Assembly (NCBI GenBank): GCA_038064675.1 | Contig: JBBTSM010000003.1 | Span: forward strand, 191,212 to 255,211 | DNA: 64,000 nt | Reading direction: 5' to 3' | From: Patescibacteria group bacterium | GTDB taxonomy: Bacteria; Patescibacteriota; Patescibacteriia; UBA9934 | Shown: piece after piece, positions 38,833 through 47,499 of the stretch | How the letters are laid out: each line of letters starts with the position of its first letter | How positions within the stretch are numbered: position 1 is the stretch's first letter | Notes under the pieces: generated by a model | What the model was told of the DNA's origin: nothing | Seen by the model: the letters and a program-made list of their open reading frames with translations, nothing else | Database searches by the model: none | Position numbers and translations under genes: made by a program

Positions 38833-39423
38833 ATGTCGTCCCAATCCTATGATCCATTCGGGCCAGGATCAAACGTAGAAAAGCGGTGTGTCCAGGATCA
38901 GGAGAAGCTTCGTGTCCTTGTTCAGAGCCTCAAGGCACTCGGAATGAAGATCGTTCTTACTCAGGGCGTTTACGACCTCATTCATGAGGGTCATGCCGCG
39001 TACCTCGAAAAGGCAAAATCCCTCGGAGATATTCTTATCGTTGGCGTGGACTCCGATGAGCTGACGAAGATCCGCAAAGGGCCAAGGCGGCCGATCGTGC
39101 CGCAGGCCGAGCGCATCAACATGCTCCTTCATTTGCGTCACGTTGATCTTGTAACAATCAAAGAAGCACATCACGGCATTGGCGATATTATTTCGATCGT
39201 GAAGCCAGATGTGATGGTATTCTCGTCGTCCACAAAAGAAGTTGGTCCAGAAGATCTTGAAATATACAAACAGCACTGCGGAGAAATCGTCGTCCTTCCG
39301 CCACAAGCCACCACAACTACCACAGCTCGCGTACGCAATCTCACCATCGAGGGCGTTGAAGATCTGGCGAAGGAAGTGAATACACTCATGACCAATTTCG
39401 TGACCAAAATTCGCGAAGGCTAA
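38833..39423 (+). CDS. HIGH-motif cytidylyltransferase-like nucleotidyltransferase (RfaE-II/TagD-like fold)
   Basis: IVLTQGVYDLIHEGHAAYLEKAKSLGDILIVGVDSD (HxGH motif). Confidence 0.6.
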   Translation: MSSQSYDPFGPGSNVEKRCVQDQEKLRVLVQSLKALGMKIVLTQGVYDLIHEGHAAYLEKAKSLGDILIVGVDSDELTKIRKGPRRPIVPQAERINMLLHLRHVDLVTIKEAHHGIGDIISIVKPDVMVFSSSTKEVGPEDLEIYKQHCGEIVVLPPQATTTTTARVRNLTIEGVEDLAKEVNTLMTNFVTKIREG

Positions 39424-39424
39424 T

Positions 39425-40246
39425 ATGCTCATCGCGTTCGTTCCGGTTCTCCACAAAGGCTACATCAACCTTTTTAAAAAATACCCCGACACGCTGGGCA
39501 TTCTTGGCGCTGACGTTATCGCCGACTTCACCGCGCTCACTCGCGACTGCCGCATGGTCGAGCCTGAAGCGATGAAACTCGCGATCGAGAGCCTCAAAAT
39601 CTTTTCGTCTGTTCGTGTACTCTCGAAATCGGATCTCGCAGAAATCGCTCAATCAATGTTGCCGATCGTCATGCCAGATGAAGACGTTTCGCGCGAAATC
39701 GCAAAACAGCATTTCGCCGATCGCACAGTATTCGAATCGATATTTCTCCGATGGGACGGCATGAGAACGTTACGCGAGAATATTGCTGCCCCGGATCGAA
39801 AGATCTCTTCAGATGACTTCGCGAGGTCGATGATCCGTCTGGCAACCGCCGAAGCAACAAAGAGCAGTGACTGGTGGCGACAGGTTGGAACAGCAATCGT
39901 TAAAGACGGCGTTGTTATCGCGCTCAGTCACAACAGGCACCTCCCCACCGATTATCATCTCGACGTCGAAGGCGATCCGCGAACGAATTTCGATGCCGGC
40001 GTTCGAATCGATCTCTCAACCGCGATCCATTCAGAAGCGCTCGCGGTCGCGCAAAGCGCAAAAGCAGGCACACCACTCAATGGCGCCGACGCTTTCGTCA
40101 CTACATTCCCCTGCCCCAACTGCGCACGCTTGCTTGCCGAAGCAGGAATCAAGACCGTGTACTACAACAAAGGATATTCACTGCTTGATGCGGAGGAGAT
40201 TCTGAAGGCGTACGGGATTGAAATCGTGCTCGTCGAAATGAACTGA
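39425..40246 (+). CDS. dCMP (deoxycytidylate) deaminase with ~130-aa N-terminal extension
   Basis: C-terminal CDA fold: HSEALAV (HxE) … TTFPCPNCARLLAEAGIKTVYY (PCxxC); start overlaps stop of upstream gene (TAATATG). Confidence 0.7.
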   Translation: MLIAFVPVLHKGYINLFKKYPDTLGILGADVIADFTALTRDCRMVEPEAMKLAIESLKIFSSVRVLSKSDLAEIAQSMLPIVMPDEDVSREIAKQHFADRTVFESIFLRWDGMRTLRENIAAPDRKISSDDFARSMIRLATAEATKSSDWWRQVGTAIVKDGVVIALSHNRHLPTDYHLDVEGDPRTNFDAGVRIDLSTAIHSEALAVAQSAKAGTPLNGADAFVTTFPCPNCARLLAEAGIKTVYYNKGYSLLDAEEILKAYGIEIVLVEMN

Positions 40247-40247
40247 A

Positions 40248-40274
40248 GGGGTCAGGTCTTGAATCTATGCATTT
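40248..40274. repeat. 27-bp perfect inverted repeat, left arm GGGGTCAGGTCTTGAATCTATGCATTT
   Basis: Exact reverse complement present ~515 bp away (40789-40816); flanks HIT gene. Confidence 0.75.
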
Positions 40275-40316
40275 CTTCTTTTATGAAAAATATGGCTCTT
40301 GCATATTTCAATCCAG

Positions 40317-40760
40317 CTAACCCAAGCGCGTGAATACTCCAATTTTTGGATCATAACTCGGATCATCTGGATCGGATTGCAAAAGCTGACAGTGCAAATG
40401 AGAAACCGTCGACCCGGTAAATCGCATGTCACCAAACCGCATAAACATCGACCCAGCAGACATTTTGAAAATCGCCGTCTGTTCTTTAAGAATTTCTCCG
40501 AGCTCGATCCAAGCTTCTGAAGAAATTTGCGATATATGCTCAATATGCGTTCGGTGAATAAGGAGTTTGTGATGTTTTGTCGGTTTGTAAGGAAACTGAT
40601 TATCCGTGATAATCCAAAACATTCGCTGTTCCATCGGCTTCGTATGAATCCTGTTAAGATGCTGAGGACAAAAAGGGCAAATCTTCTGCTCAGTAATTTC
40701 AGCAATCACTTTATCGTATCCTCCTGGACGAGCATTTTGTTGATTAACGAAGTCATTCAT
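40317..40760 (-). CDS. HIT-superfamily protein, GalT/Ap4A-phosphorylase-like branch (H-x-H-x-Q)
   Basis: CPFCP zinc motif, …FPYKPTKHHKLLIHRTH…, STVSHLHCQLL triad variant. Confidence 0.55.
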   Translation of the reverse strand: MNDFVNQQNARPGGYDKVIAEITEQKICPFCPQHLNRIHTKPMEQRMFWIITDNQFPYKPTKHHKLLIHRTHIEHISQISSEAWIELGEILKEQTAIFKMSAGSMFMRFGDMRFTGSTVSHLHCQLLQSDPDDPSYDPKIGVFTRLG

Positions 40761-40788
40761 ACTTCAAAACGACCTAAAACTTTCTTCA

Positions 40789-40816
40789 AAATGCATAGAT
40801 TCAAGACCTGACCCCA
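40789..40816. repeat. 27-bp perfect inverted repeat, right arm AAATGCATAGATTCAAGACCTGACCCC
   Basis: Reverse complement of 40248-40274. Confidence 0.75.
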
Positions 40817-40821
40817 TCAGT

Positions 40822-42222
40822 TTACACCGGCGTCGGAATAATCATCGCCTCGTGCGGTTCGTAGTCGGCGACCGTGAAATGTTCTGGACGAAAGTCGAGA
40901 AGATCGGTGACGGTGGAGTCCATGTACATCGTTGGGAACGTACGAGGCTCGCGGTCGAGGAGTTGTTTGACGTGTTCAAACTGGCTTTCGTAAATGTGTG
41001 CGTCGGAAATAGTGTACACGAGCTCCTTTGGGGTGTAGCCCGTTGCTTGAGCGATCATCATCGTGAATGCGGCGTATTGGATGATGTTAAAAACGACGCC
41101 AACCGGAACGTCGCCACTGCGTTGGAAGTGATGAACCGAAAGCTGTTTTGTTTCTGGGAACACGAGGATGTGCAAATAGCCGTGGCATGGTGCGACGACG
41201 ACTTTGCGCGGAGAGATTCCTGAATGTTGCAGTGTGTACTGCGGAATCCACGGCGAAATAATGTGCGTGCGCAAATTTGGTCGCTCCTTGATTTGCTTCA
41301 CGACGTGCTCAATTTGATTGAACGGCTCGCCTTCACTTGTTGGAAACGCGGTCCATGCCGGGCCATAGCTTCCTGGACCAAGATCGCCTTCCGGCAAGCC
41401 GAAAATATCACAACGCTCTTTCGTCACCCATTTTTTCCACCACGCACAACCAAACGCCTTCAATTCTTCCTGCGTTCGCGCGCCGTGAAGGAACGCGAAG
41501 TGCTCACCGAGCGCACCAACCATGAAGCGTCCGCCGAGGTCGCGCTCCGTAATCATTGGGAATCCGTTCGCCAAATCGAAATGCATCTGCGCGCCAAGGA
41601 TCATGCGGGATCCTTCGCCTTGAATTGGCTTTACATCAACACCTTCTTCGAGAATTTTCTTGAGCAAATGATGATACTGCCAATCGATAGTACGTTCGAT
41701 AACCGGCTTCATGAACGATCGCTGCACGCGGTAGTGCAGAAGAACACTTCGTGCGTTCAGCTTTCGCGTATCGACGAGTTCGAGATTCACACGAGCAAAT
41801 TTTTCACCAAGTGGAACACCGTTACCGAACAAGAATGGCTCGAGAGTTAAAAAGACTTCATCGACGAGGCCGGCATCCAAAAACTGTCCGTACACCGAAG
41901 CTCCCCCACCAAGCGCTATTGTTTCAATGCCTTCGCCGATCAACCGCTTCACCAAAACCGCCGGAGAATCATTCGTGAATTCAACACCCTCGATCGGAGC
42001 CGCCGCTTCCGGATTCTTCGTTAATACAATCACCCGCCGGTCCTTCAAACCCTTCCCAATCGTGGCAAACGTCGTGCGGCCCATCACGACCACGCCAGCT
42101 TCCTTCGTCTTTTCCACAAAAAACTGCGTATCCTCCGCACTCGTCCAATCCAACGAGGATTGATCCACTTTTTCCGCAATTTTCCCATCCGCGCTCATGG
42201 CGGCAATCAGCCAGATTTTCAT
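40822..42222 (-). CDS. thyA: Bifunctional dihydrofolate reductase-like (RibD_C/DHFR family) – thymidylate synthase fusion
   Basis: N-terminal IAAMSADGKIA… DHFR-like reductase domain; C-terminal ThyA with DLGPGSYGPAW, VVAPCHGY (catalytic Cys), QRSGDVPVGVVFNIIQYA, DAHIY motifs. Confidence 0.85.
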   Translation of the reverse strand: MKIWLIAAMSADGKIAEKVDQSSLDWTSAEDTQFFVEKTKEAGVVVMGRTTFATIGKGLKDRRVIVLTKNPEAAAPIEGVEFTNDSPAVLVKRLIGEGIETIALGGGASVYGQFLDAGLVDEVFLTLEPFLFGNGVPLGEKFARVNLELVDTRKLNARSVLLHYRVQRSFMKPVIERTIDWQYHHLLKKILEEGVDVKPIQGEGSRMILGAQMHFDLANGFPMITERDLGGRFMVGALGEHFAFLHGARTQEELKAFGCAWWKKWVTKERCDIFGLPEGDLGPGSYGPAWTAFPTSEGEPFNQIEHVVKQIKERPNLRTHIISPWIPQYTLQHSGISPRKVVVAPCHGYLHILVFPETKQLSVHHFQRSGDVPVGVVFNIIQYAAFTMMIAQATGYTPKELVYTISDAHIYESQFEHVKQLLDREPRTFPTMYMDSTVTDLLDFRPEHFTVADYEPHEAMIIPTPV

Positions 42223-42382
42223 AGTTGTTCCGATGGTATCAGCCTAGCCCGCGTGGGTCGACGAACCATGTGGATACCCATCGCAATTCCAATAATTCTT
42301 CAAAATATCCAGAAATCGAAAAGGTGGAGCCGCGTTGGCCCCACCCCTCGTAGCGTCACCGTCCCGAACCAGCCCTCCGCAG

Positions 42383-42835
42383 CTACACCTTCGGCGCGTC
42401 GCGGTCCCCGATCGGGAAGTTGAACGTGGACGCGTGAAGCGAACCGTCCGAGAGCGTGACGATCTGGGGAACGATCATGTGGATGTGCGGATGCTGCATG
42501 ATCTGTCCGCTGTAGAGTCGATCACCCTCGCGGATGCAGATCCCGTACCCCTTGAGCCCGAAGCGTTCGATCAGTTCGTCACGCAAGTGCACGAACGCAG
42601 CGAAACCCGCCGCGGTGATCCTCTCCGTGCTGTGGTCAATAGGCGTGAAAAGGATCTGATACAGGGGCTGAATGAACAGCGCGTCCGTACGCGGGCGCTC
42701 ATTGGGGACCGCGATCCACCCTCCGTACGATGCGAGCGCATTGTCGCGCCAGCTCTGCTGACAGAAGCGGCAGCCGTCCCGCCGCACCTGTTCTTCATAG
42801 ACCCGTTCGGGCTTAACAACCTCAGTCATGTACAA
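42383..42835 (-). CDS. HIT-family protein (canonical H-x-H-x-H), GC-rich orphan gene
   Basis: CRFC zinc motif, QHPHIHMIVPQ histidine triad; high GC; terminator GGTGGGGCC…GGCTCCACC + TTTTCGATTTCTGG downstream (minus). Confidence 0.7.
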   Translation of the reverse strand: MYMTEVVKPERVYEEQVRRDGCRFCQQSWRDNALASYGGWIAVPNERPRTDALFIQPLYQILFTPIDHSTERITAAGFAAFVHLRDELIERFGLKGYGICIREGDRLYSGQIMQHPHIHMIVPQIVTLSDGSLHASTFNFPIGDRDAPKV

Positions 42836-43039
42836 CTCCGTGTGCCATGAAACACTACATTGCTACCCAATGTTTGGTCAAAAAGAAACATCACGCGGCC
42901 AAGCATGGCAACCGCGTGATATCTTTTTGCGACGACGTTTTCTCGTCATCACGCTTCGCACTGTACACGGAAAAAATGGAGGGTCAACGAAATTATGTGG
43001 ATAACGAAAAGAATTTATCATTTCGCCCATTTTCGGCTT

Positions 43040-43123
43040 GCTTCCTCAACGTGATCGACGACGTACCGAGAAGTACGTCTTGACGCTCACGTCTTCGTTG
43101 CGCACCGAAACTGGTCTGAAATG
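43040..43123 (+). repeat. divergent copy of the ~100-bp intergenic repeat (…CGTACCGAGAAGTACGTCTTGACGCTCACGTCTTCGTTGCGCACCGAAACTGGTCTGAAATG)
   Basis: Hairpin module inverted relative to copy 1, tail module GCACCGAAA…TCTGAAATG conserved. Confidence 0.5.
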
Positions 43124-43195
43124 AAAAAATTCTTGCTAAGATCGGTGGATAAACACTCGATAATCAATCCGCGATCAAGTACGATCGATGCGCTT

Positions 43196-43621
43196 ATGGA
43201 AATTTCTATCCGTCGACTGAACTCTGATGTTCCCTTTCCAGAATATAAAACTCCTGGCGCATGTGCGTTTGATATTGCGGTTATCGAAGGGAAAATACTC
43301 GCACCAAATGAACGCGCAATTTTTCCAACCGGACTTGTCGTGAAAGTTCCGGAAGGTCATGTTCTTATTCTTGCTTCACGATCGAGCAATGCAAAAAAAG
43401 GCATTACGCTCAGCAATGGCATCGGTATCATCGATGGCGACTATTGTGGACCGAACGATGAACTTCACATCGCGCTCCACAATATCGGAAATGACGCATA
43501 CACCGTCGAAGCTGGCGAACGCATTGCGCAAGGAATGTTCATTCCCATTACTCGCGCACAATTCGTCGAACCGGCTGATTGGTCCGCTATCGATCGCGGT
43601 GGGTTCGGAACAACGGGATAA
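43196..43621 (+). CDS. dut: dUTP pyrophosphatase
   Basis: …LILASRSSNAKKGITLSNGIGIIDGDYCGPNDEL… (RSS…KG and GxIDxDY(R/C)G motifs); start MEISIRRL inside longer track ORF. Confidence 0.85.
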   Translation: MEISIRRLNSDVPFPEYKTPGACAFDIAVIEGKILAPNERAIFPTGLVVKVPEGHVLILASRSSNAKKGITLSNGIGIIDGDYCGPNDELHIALHNIGNDAYTVEAGERIAQGMFIPITRAQFVEPADWSAIDRGGFGTTG

Positions 43622-43673
43622 TCCTGATATACTGATCGTATCAATATCTCTTTAAGAGGAAGCCCGCCCTCCT

Positions 43674-44561
43674 ATGGCAAAGCTCATCACCATCGGCTCA
43701 CTCATCGATCGCACCGTTGAACACTTCCGCCTCCATTTCAAAGAACTCATCGGTATTAGCTTGTGGATTGTGGTCGCGGCGATGCCATTCCTGTTCTCTG
43801 GATACCTCGCACCGTTTGGCGTGGACGAACTCACACCGAAAGGCGAAGTCGTCACGTACATGATCGTCAACGTCCTTGGTGTCGTTACCACCACACTCGC
43901 AAGCTTGTGGATTGGCATTTGTCTTATTTTCACCATCGATGCACGAGCACAAGGAAAAAATCCAGATCATGTCGTGCTCGGGAAGCGCTCGTGGAAATTC
44001 ATGCTGTCGTTCTTTGTACTTTCTGCAGTAATCGCTATTGGTCTCAGCGTCGCATCTGCGCTCTTCATCGTTCCTGGCATTCTCGTCACGATGTTCAACC
44101 AGCTTCCGGGCACTGCCGGAACTGTCCTTGGTGCCGTGGGAATTCTTTTGCTCTTTGCTGGCATTATCATGGCGATGTACACACTCATCCGCTACAGTGT
44201 TGAGCTGGCATTTGCGCAATACCATCTTCTCCTCGACAACGAAGCAACGGCTTTTTCCTTCAAGACGTTACGACGAGCAGTCAACGCATCACGCGCGTCG
44301 GTGAAAGGTGCATGGTGGCCAATCGCGCTTCGTCTCTTTGTCCCAAATGCGATCATTTCTCTTATCGTTGTTGGATTCACCATGACAACGAACCTTGCCA
44401 CAACCGTCATGATTTCCTTTGCGGCTGCAGCACTGTCGCCGCTCGCCATTACGCTTATTTCCGTCGCCCTCACCTTGAGCGTATTCATTATCAATGCCCT
44501 GGTGATGCCGCTCTACAGCCTGACGACCTACTACCTCTATGACAGCGTCAGCAAGCGATAA
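43674..44561 (+). CDS. polytopic membrane protein, hypothetical
   Basis: 295 aa, ~6-7 TM helices; same architecture as next gene (probable paralog). Confidence 0.5.
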   Translation: MAKLITIGSLIDRTVEHFRLHFKELIGISLWIVVAAMPFLFSGYLAPFGVDELTPKGEVVTYMIVNVLGVVTTTLASLWIGICLIFTIDARAQGKNPDHVVLGKRSWKFMLSFFVLSAVIAIGLSVASALFIVPGILVTMFNQLPGTAGTVLGAVGILLLFAGIIMAMYTLIRYSVELAFAQYHLLLDNEATAFSFKTLRRAVNASRASVKGAWWPIALRLFVPNAIISLIVVGFTMTTNLATTVMISFAAAALSPLAITLISVALTLSVFIINALVMPLYSLTTYYLYDSVSKR

Positions 44562-45318
44562 TACTCCAGAAGAAAAGGATGAAAAGCCGAACGTCGCAGA
44601 GCTTCCAAGCGTTTTCGACATCCTGCTTTACAGCCTCACGCTTGCCAAACGATATGCCGGTGACGTGTACGGCTTTACTGCATACCTTCTTTTCCCGCTG
44701 ATTCTTTCGTTTGGTGTTCGTGGAATTTCTGGAAACCTTGGAATCGTTGCAGAAAGCATGGTGAATGTTCTCTCGCTTGCACTGTCGTGTTGGGCCGCGG
44801 CTGCAATCAGCACATTAATCAGTCTTAAAACCGCGCATCCAAAAAAGGATCACGACCCCAGGAGTATCGGACAGCACGCCGCGAGCGTCCTGGGTACGCT
44901 TCTTCTCGCGTCGCTTCTTTCCGGAATCATTCAAGCGGCGGGATACTTTCTCCTTATTGTTCCAGGAGTTATCGCCTCCATACTTTTTGCATTCACCCTT
45001 GAGGAAGTTGTGCTTCGCGGCCATGGGCCAATTTCCGCACTTGCGGCGTCCAAAGCTCGTGTACAGCATCAACTCGCTGCTATTGGCTGGAGGCTCCTTG
45101 CAATCGTGTTCGCGTTCTTTCTGGTGTATTTCATCCTCGGCGCAGCGGTTATCCTCGTTGGGTCCTTCGCGACCGGAATCAGCCCAACAGCGCTCGCTCT
45201 CAACGGTGTTCCGTTGTGGGTTGACGCTATTCTCGTTGTGCTCCAAATTGCTCTTTTGCCACCGGTCATCATCGCCCATACGGTGCTTTACCTCTCCACC
45301 TCTCCGACTGTAGACTAG
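44539..45318 (+). CDS. polytopic membrane protein, hypothetical (paralog of upstream gene)
   Basis: 259 aa, ~6 TM helices; overlaps upstream gene by 23 nt. Confidence 0.5.
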   Translation: MTASASDNTPEEKDEKPNVAELPSVFDILLYSLTLAKRYAGDVYGFTAYLLFPLILSFGVRGISGNLGIVAESMVNVLSLALSCWAAAAISTLISLKTAHPKKDHDPRSIGQHAASVLGTLLLASLLSGIIQAAGYFLLIVPGVIASILFAFTLEEVVLRGHGPISALAASKARVQHQLAAIGWRLLAIVFAFFLVYFILGAAVILVGSFATGISPTALALNGVPLWVDAILVVLQIALLPPVIIAHTVLYLSTSPTVD

Positions 45319-45324
45319 GGCGGT

Positions 45325-46800
45325 ATGCGTCTCCAACCCGTTATCGGCCTAGAAACCCACGTTGAGCTCAGCACCAGAACCAAGATGTTTTGCGGCTGCA
45401 ATGCTCACGACGAAGGCGCGCTCCCCAACACGCACGTTTGCCCCGTCTGCACCGGCCATCCGGGCACGCTTCCGGTTCCAAATGCTGCAGCACTGCGCTA
45501 CGCCGTTCTTCTTGGGCTTGCGCTCAACGGCACCATCACTGAACATTCCAAATTCGATCGGAAACACTATTTCTACCCCGACCTTCCAAAGGCGTACCAA
45601 ATTTCACAGTTCGATCTCCCCGTCATGCAGAACGGCGAACTCGTCATCGACGTTCCCGGCGAAGGCGCGGTACGCATCGGCATTGAGCGCATGCATCTGG
45701 AGGAAGACTCGGCGAAAAATATCCACGGCGACGACGGAAAAACATACGTGGACTTTAATCGCTCCAGTGTGCCGTTGTGCGAGATCGTCACGAAGCCAGA
45801 CTTCCGCAATTCCACACAAGCGAAGGCGTATGTTCAGGAAATGCGCCTACTTGTCCGAGTACTCGGCATTTCTGAAGGCGATCTTGAACGCGGACATCTG
45901 CGTTGTGACGTGAACGTTTCGTTGCGTGAAGTCGACGAAAACGGTTTACCGATCGGCCCAATGAATCCAAAGACGGAAATTAAAAACATCAATTCCTTCC
46001 GCGCTATTGAACGTGCGATTGATTACGAAATTGCGCGCCAGACCGCACTGTGGGACGCCGGAACGCCGCCGATGATTACGACGACGCGCGGCTGGAATGA
46101 CACTACACAAACCACCGATGCGCAGCGCACCAAAGAAGACTCCGCGGATTATCGCTATTTCCCCGAACCAGACATTCCGCCACTCGATCTGCGCGAATTC
46201 GTTGTGGACATCCAACGAAATCTTCCAGAACTCCCCCGAGCCAAACGCGCTCGATTCGTCGATGAATACGGATTCAAACCCGATATCGCAAAACAGATTG
46301 TTGACGACACTGCACTCGCGAATTTTACTGAAGCAACCATGAGCGAGCTTCGATCCGAACTCGGACCGTCAAACACCACCGATCTCGCAAAACTCGTCAG
46401 CGGATGGATTCTTACAAAGTTTGGAAGTGTTCTTGCAAACGAAGGCCGAGCAATCACCGACGCAAAAACAACGCCGGAACGATTCGCAGAATTCCTCGCG
46501 CTCATCGCGAACGGAAAACTCACCGCGCAAAAAGGCCTTGAGGTGCTTGCGCAAATGGAATTCCGCAGCCTTGAAGTCTCCGAAGCAATGGAAGTCGTCG
46601 GTGCATTATCCATCGACGATTCGTCCGTGATCGATTCCATCATCGCAGAGGTCCTTGAGAAGAAGGCAGCCGAGGTTGCACGCTACAAACATGGCGAAGA
46701 AAAACTCTTCCCGTTCCTTCTCGGCCAGGTTATGAAGGCAGCAAAGGGGAATGTAGATCCTGCAACAGCAACAGAGGCATTGAAGAAAGCGCTTTCGTAG
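45325..46800 (+). CDS. gatB: Asp-tRNA(Asn)/Glu-tRNA(Gln) amidotransferase subunit B
   Basis: MRLQPVIGLETHVELSTRTKMFCGCNAH… and GatB/YqeY C-terminal domain. Confidence 0.95.
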   Translation: MRLQPVIGLETHVELSTRTKMFCGCNAHDEGALPNTHVCPVCTGHPGTLPVPNAAALRYAVLLGLALNGTITEHSKFDRKHYFYPDLPKAYQISQFDLPVMQNGELVIDVPGEGAVRIGIERMHLEEDSAKNIHGDDGKTYVDFNRSSVPLCEIVTKPDFRNSTQAKAYVQEMRLLVRVLGISEGDLERGHLRCDVNVSLREVDENGLPIGPMNPKTEIKNINSFRAIERAIDYEIARQTALWDAGTPPMITTTRGWNDTTQTTDAQRTKEDSADYRYFPEPDIPPLDLREFVVDIQRNLPELPRAKRARFVDEYGFKPDIAKQIVDDTALANFTEATMSELRSELGPSNTTDLAKLVSGWILTKFGSVLANEGRAITDAKTTPERFAEFLALIANGKLTAQKGLEVLAQMEFRSLEVSEAMEVVGALSIDDSSVIDSIIAEVLEKKAAEVARYKHGEEKLFPFLLGQVMKAAKGNVDPATATEALKKALS

Positions 46801-46845
46801 GCAAAAAGAACGGTCAATTATGACCGTTCTTTTGTTTGGAATGAT

Positions 46846-47499
46846 TTACTTTGCTGCAATTGCTTCGTTACGATCTGCGTCTGCAGCTTCTTGATTACGC
46901 CGAGCATTAGTGAGTTTTGCGGTTTCGCGATCAATTTCCCGCATATTTGCCTGAATCTCTCTCTTCCTTAGAAAGGCAAAGAATCCCAGCCCATCGAGCT
47001 CTTTCTGAAGAGCGCTTCTCTGATTTCTCAGGACGTCTTTCGGGGATTCTGTTTCGGGTTCACCGATGACGTCTTGATGCGTATTTTCACTGCCCATTGC
47101 CTCACTGCTCAGCATCCCAAGATCGTCGCGATATCGCTCAACTCGAGCAATATTTTCCTCAACCTGCCGCAAACGTTCAGCTCTATCTTCAAGAGGAACG
47201 CCAGGTTCGCTCCGTTGAATTGCCATCCGATCATCGCGAAGCTTTCCCAACGAATCGTTCAATGACCGCAACTCCACAAGAAGATCTTGACGCGTTGGAT
47301 TGCCGCCGAGCTTGAGCAGAATCGCCGTTCGGCGCGCTTTGGCTTGCGCAATGTCCTCCGTGCCCGCAACGATCTTCTTTGGCACTGGTTCGATCTGTGC
47401 CTCTTGTACCACCTTGGGAACACCCTTTTGGATTTCTGGAACCTCCGGAGCTACTCCTTCTCGCAATATTCGATAACCGTCCACCATACACTCAAGCAT
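46846..47499 (-). CDS. hypothetical coiled-coil protein
   Basis: 217 aa, highly charged heptad-like C-terminal two-thirds; followed by bidirectional terminator 46803-46838. Confidence 0.4.
   Translation of the reverse strand: MLECMVDGYRILREGVAPEVPEIQKGVPKVVQEAQIEPVPKKIVAGTEDIAQAKARRTAILLKLGGNPTRQDLLVELRSLNDSLGKLRDDRMAIQRSEPGVPLEDRAERLRQVEENIARVERYRDDLGMLSSEAMGSENTHQDVIGEPETESPKDVLRNQRSALQKELDGLGFFAFLRKREIQANMREIDRETAKLTNARRNQEAADADRNEAIAAK

Noticed and set aside
40265-40705. 146-aa minus-strand ORF overlapping the HIT gene in another frame
   Set aside because: The HIT-motif frame (40317-40760) carries the CPFC and H-x-H-x-Q signatures. The alternative frame has none.
43698-44225. 175-aa minus-strand ORF overlapping the 43674-44561 membrane-protein gene
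   Set aside because: Antisense to a coherent polytopic membrane-protein ORF. The translation is charged and low-complexity without motifs.
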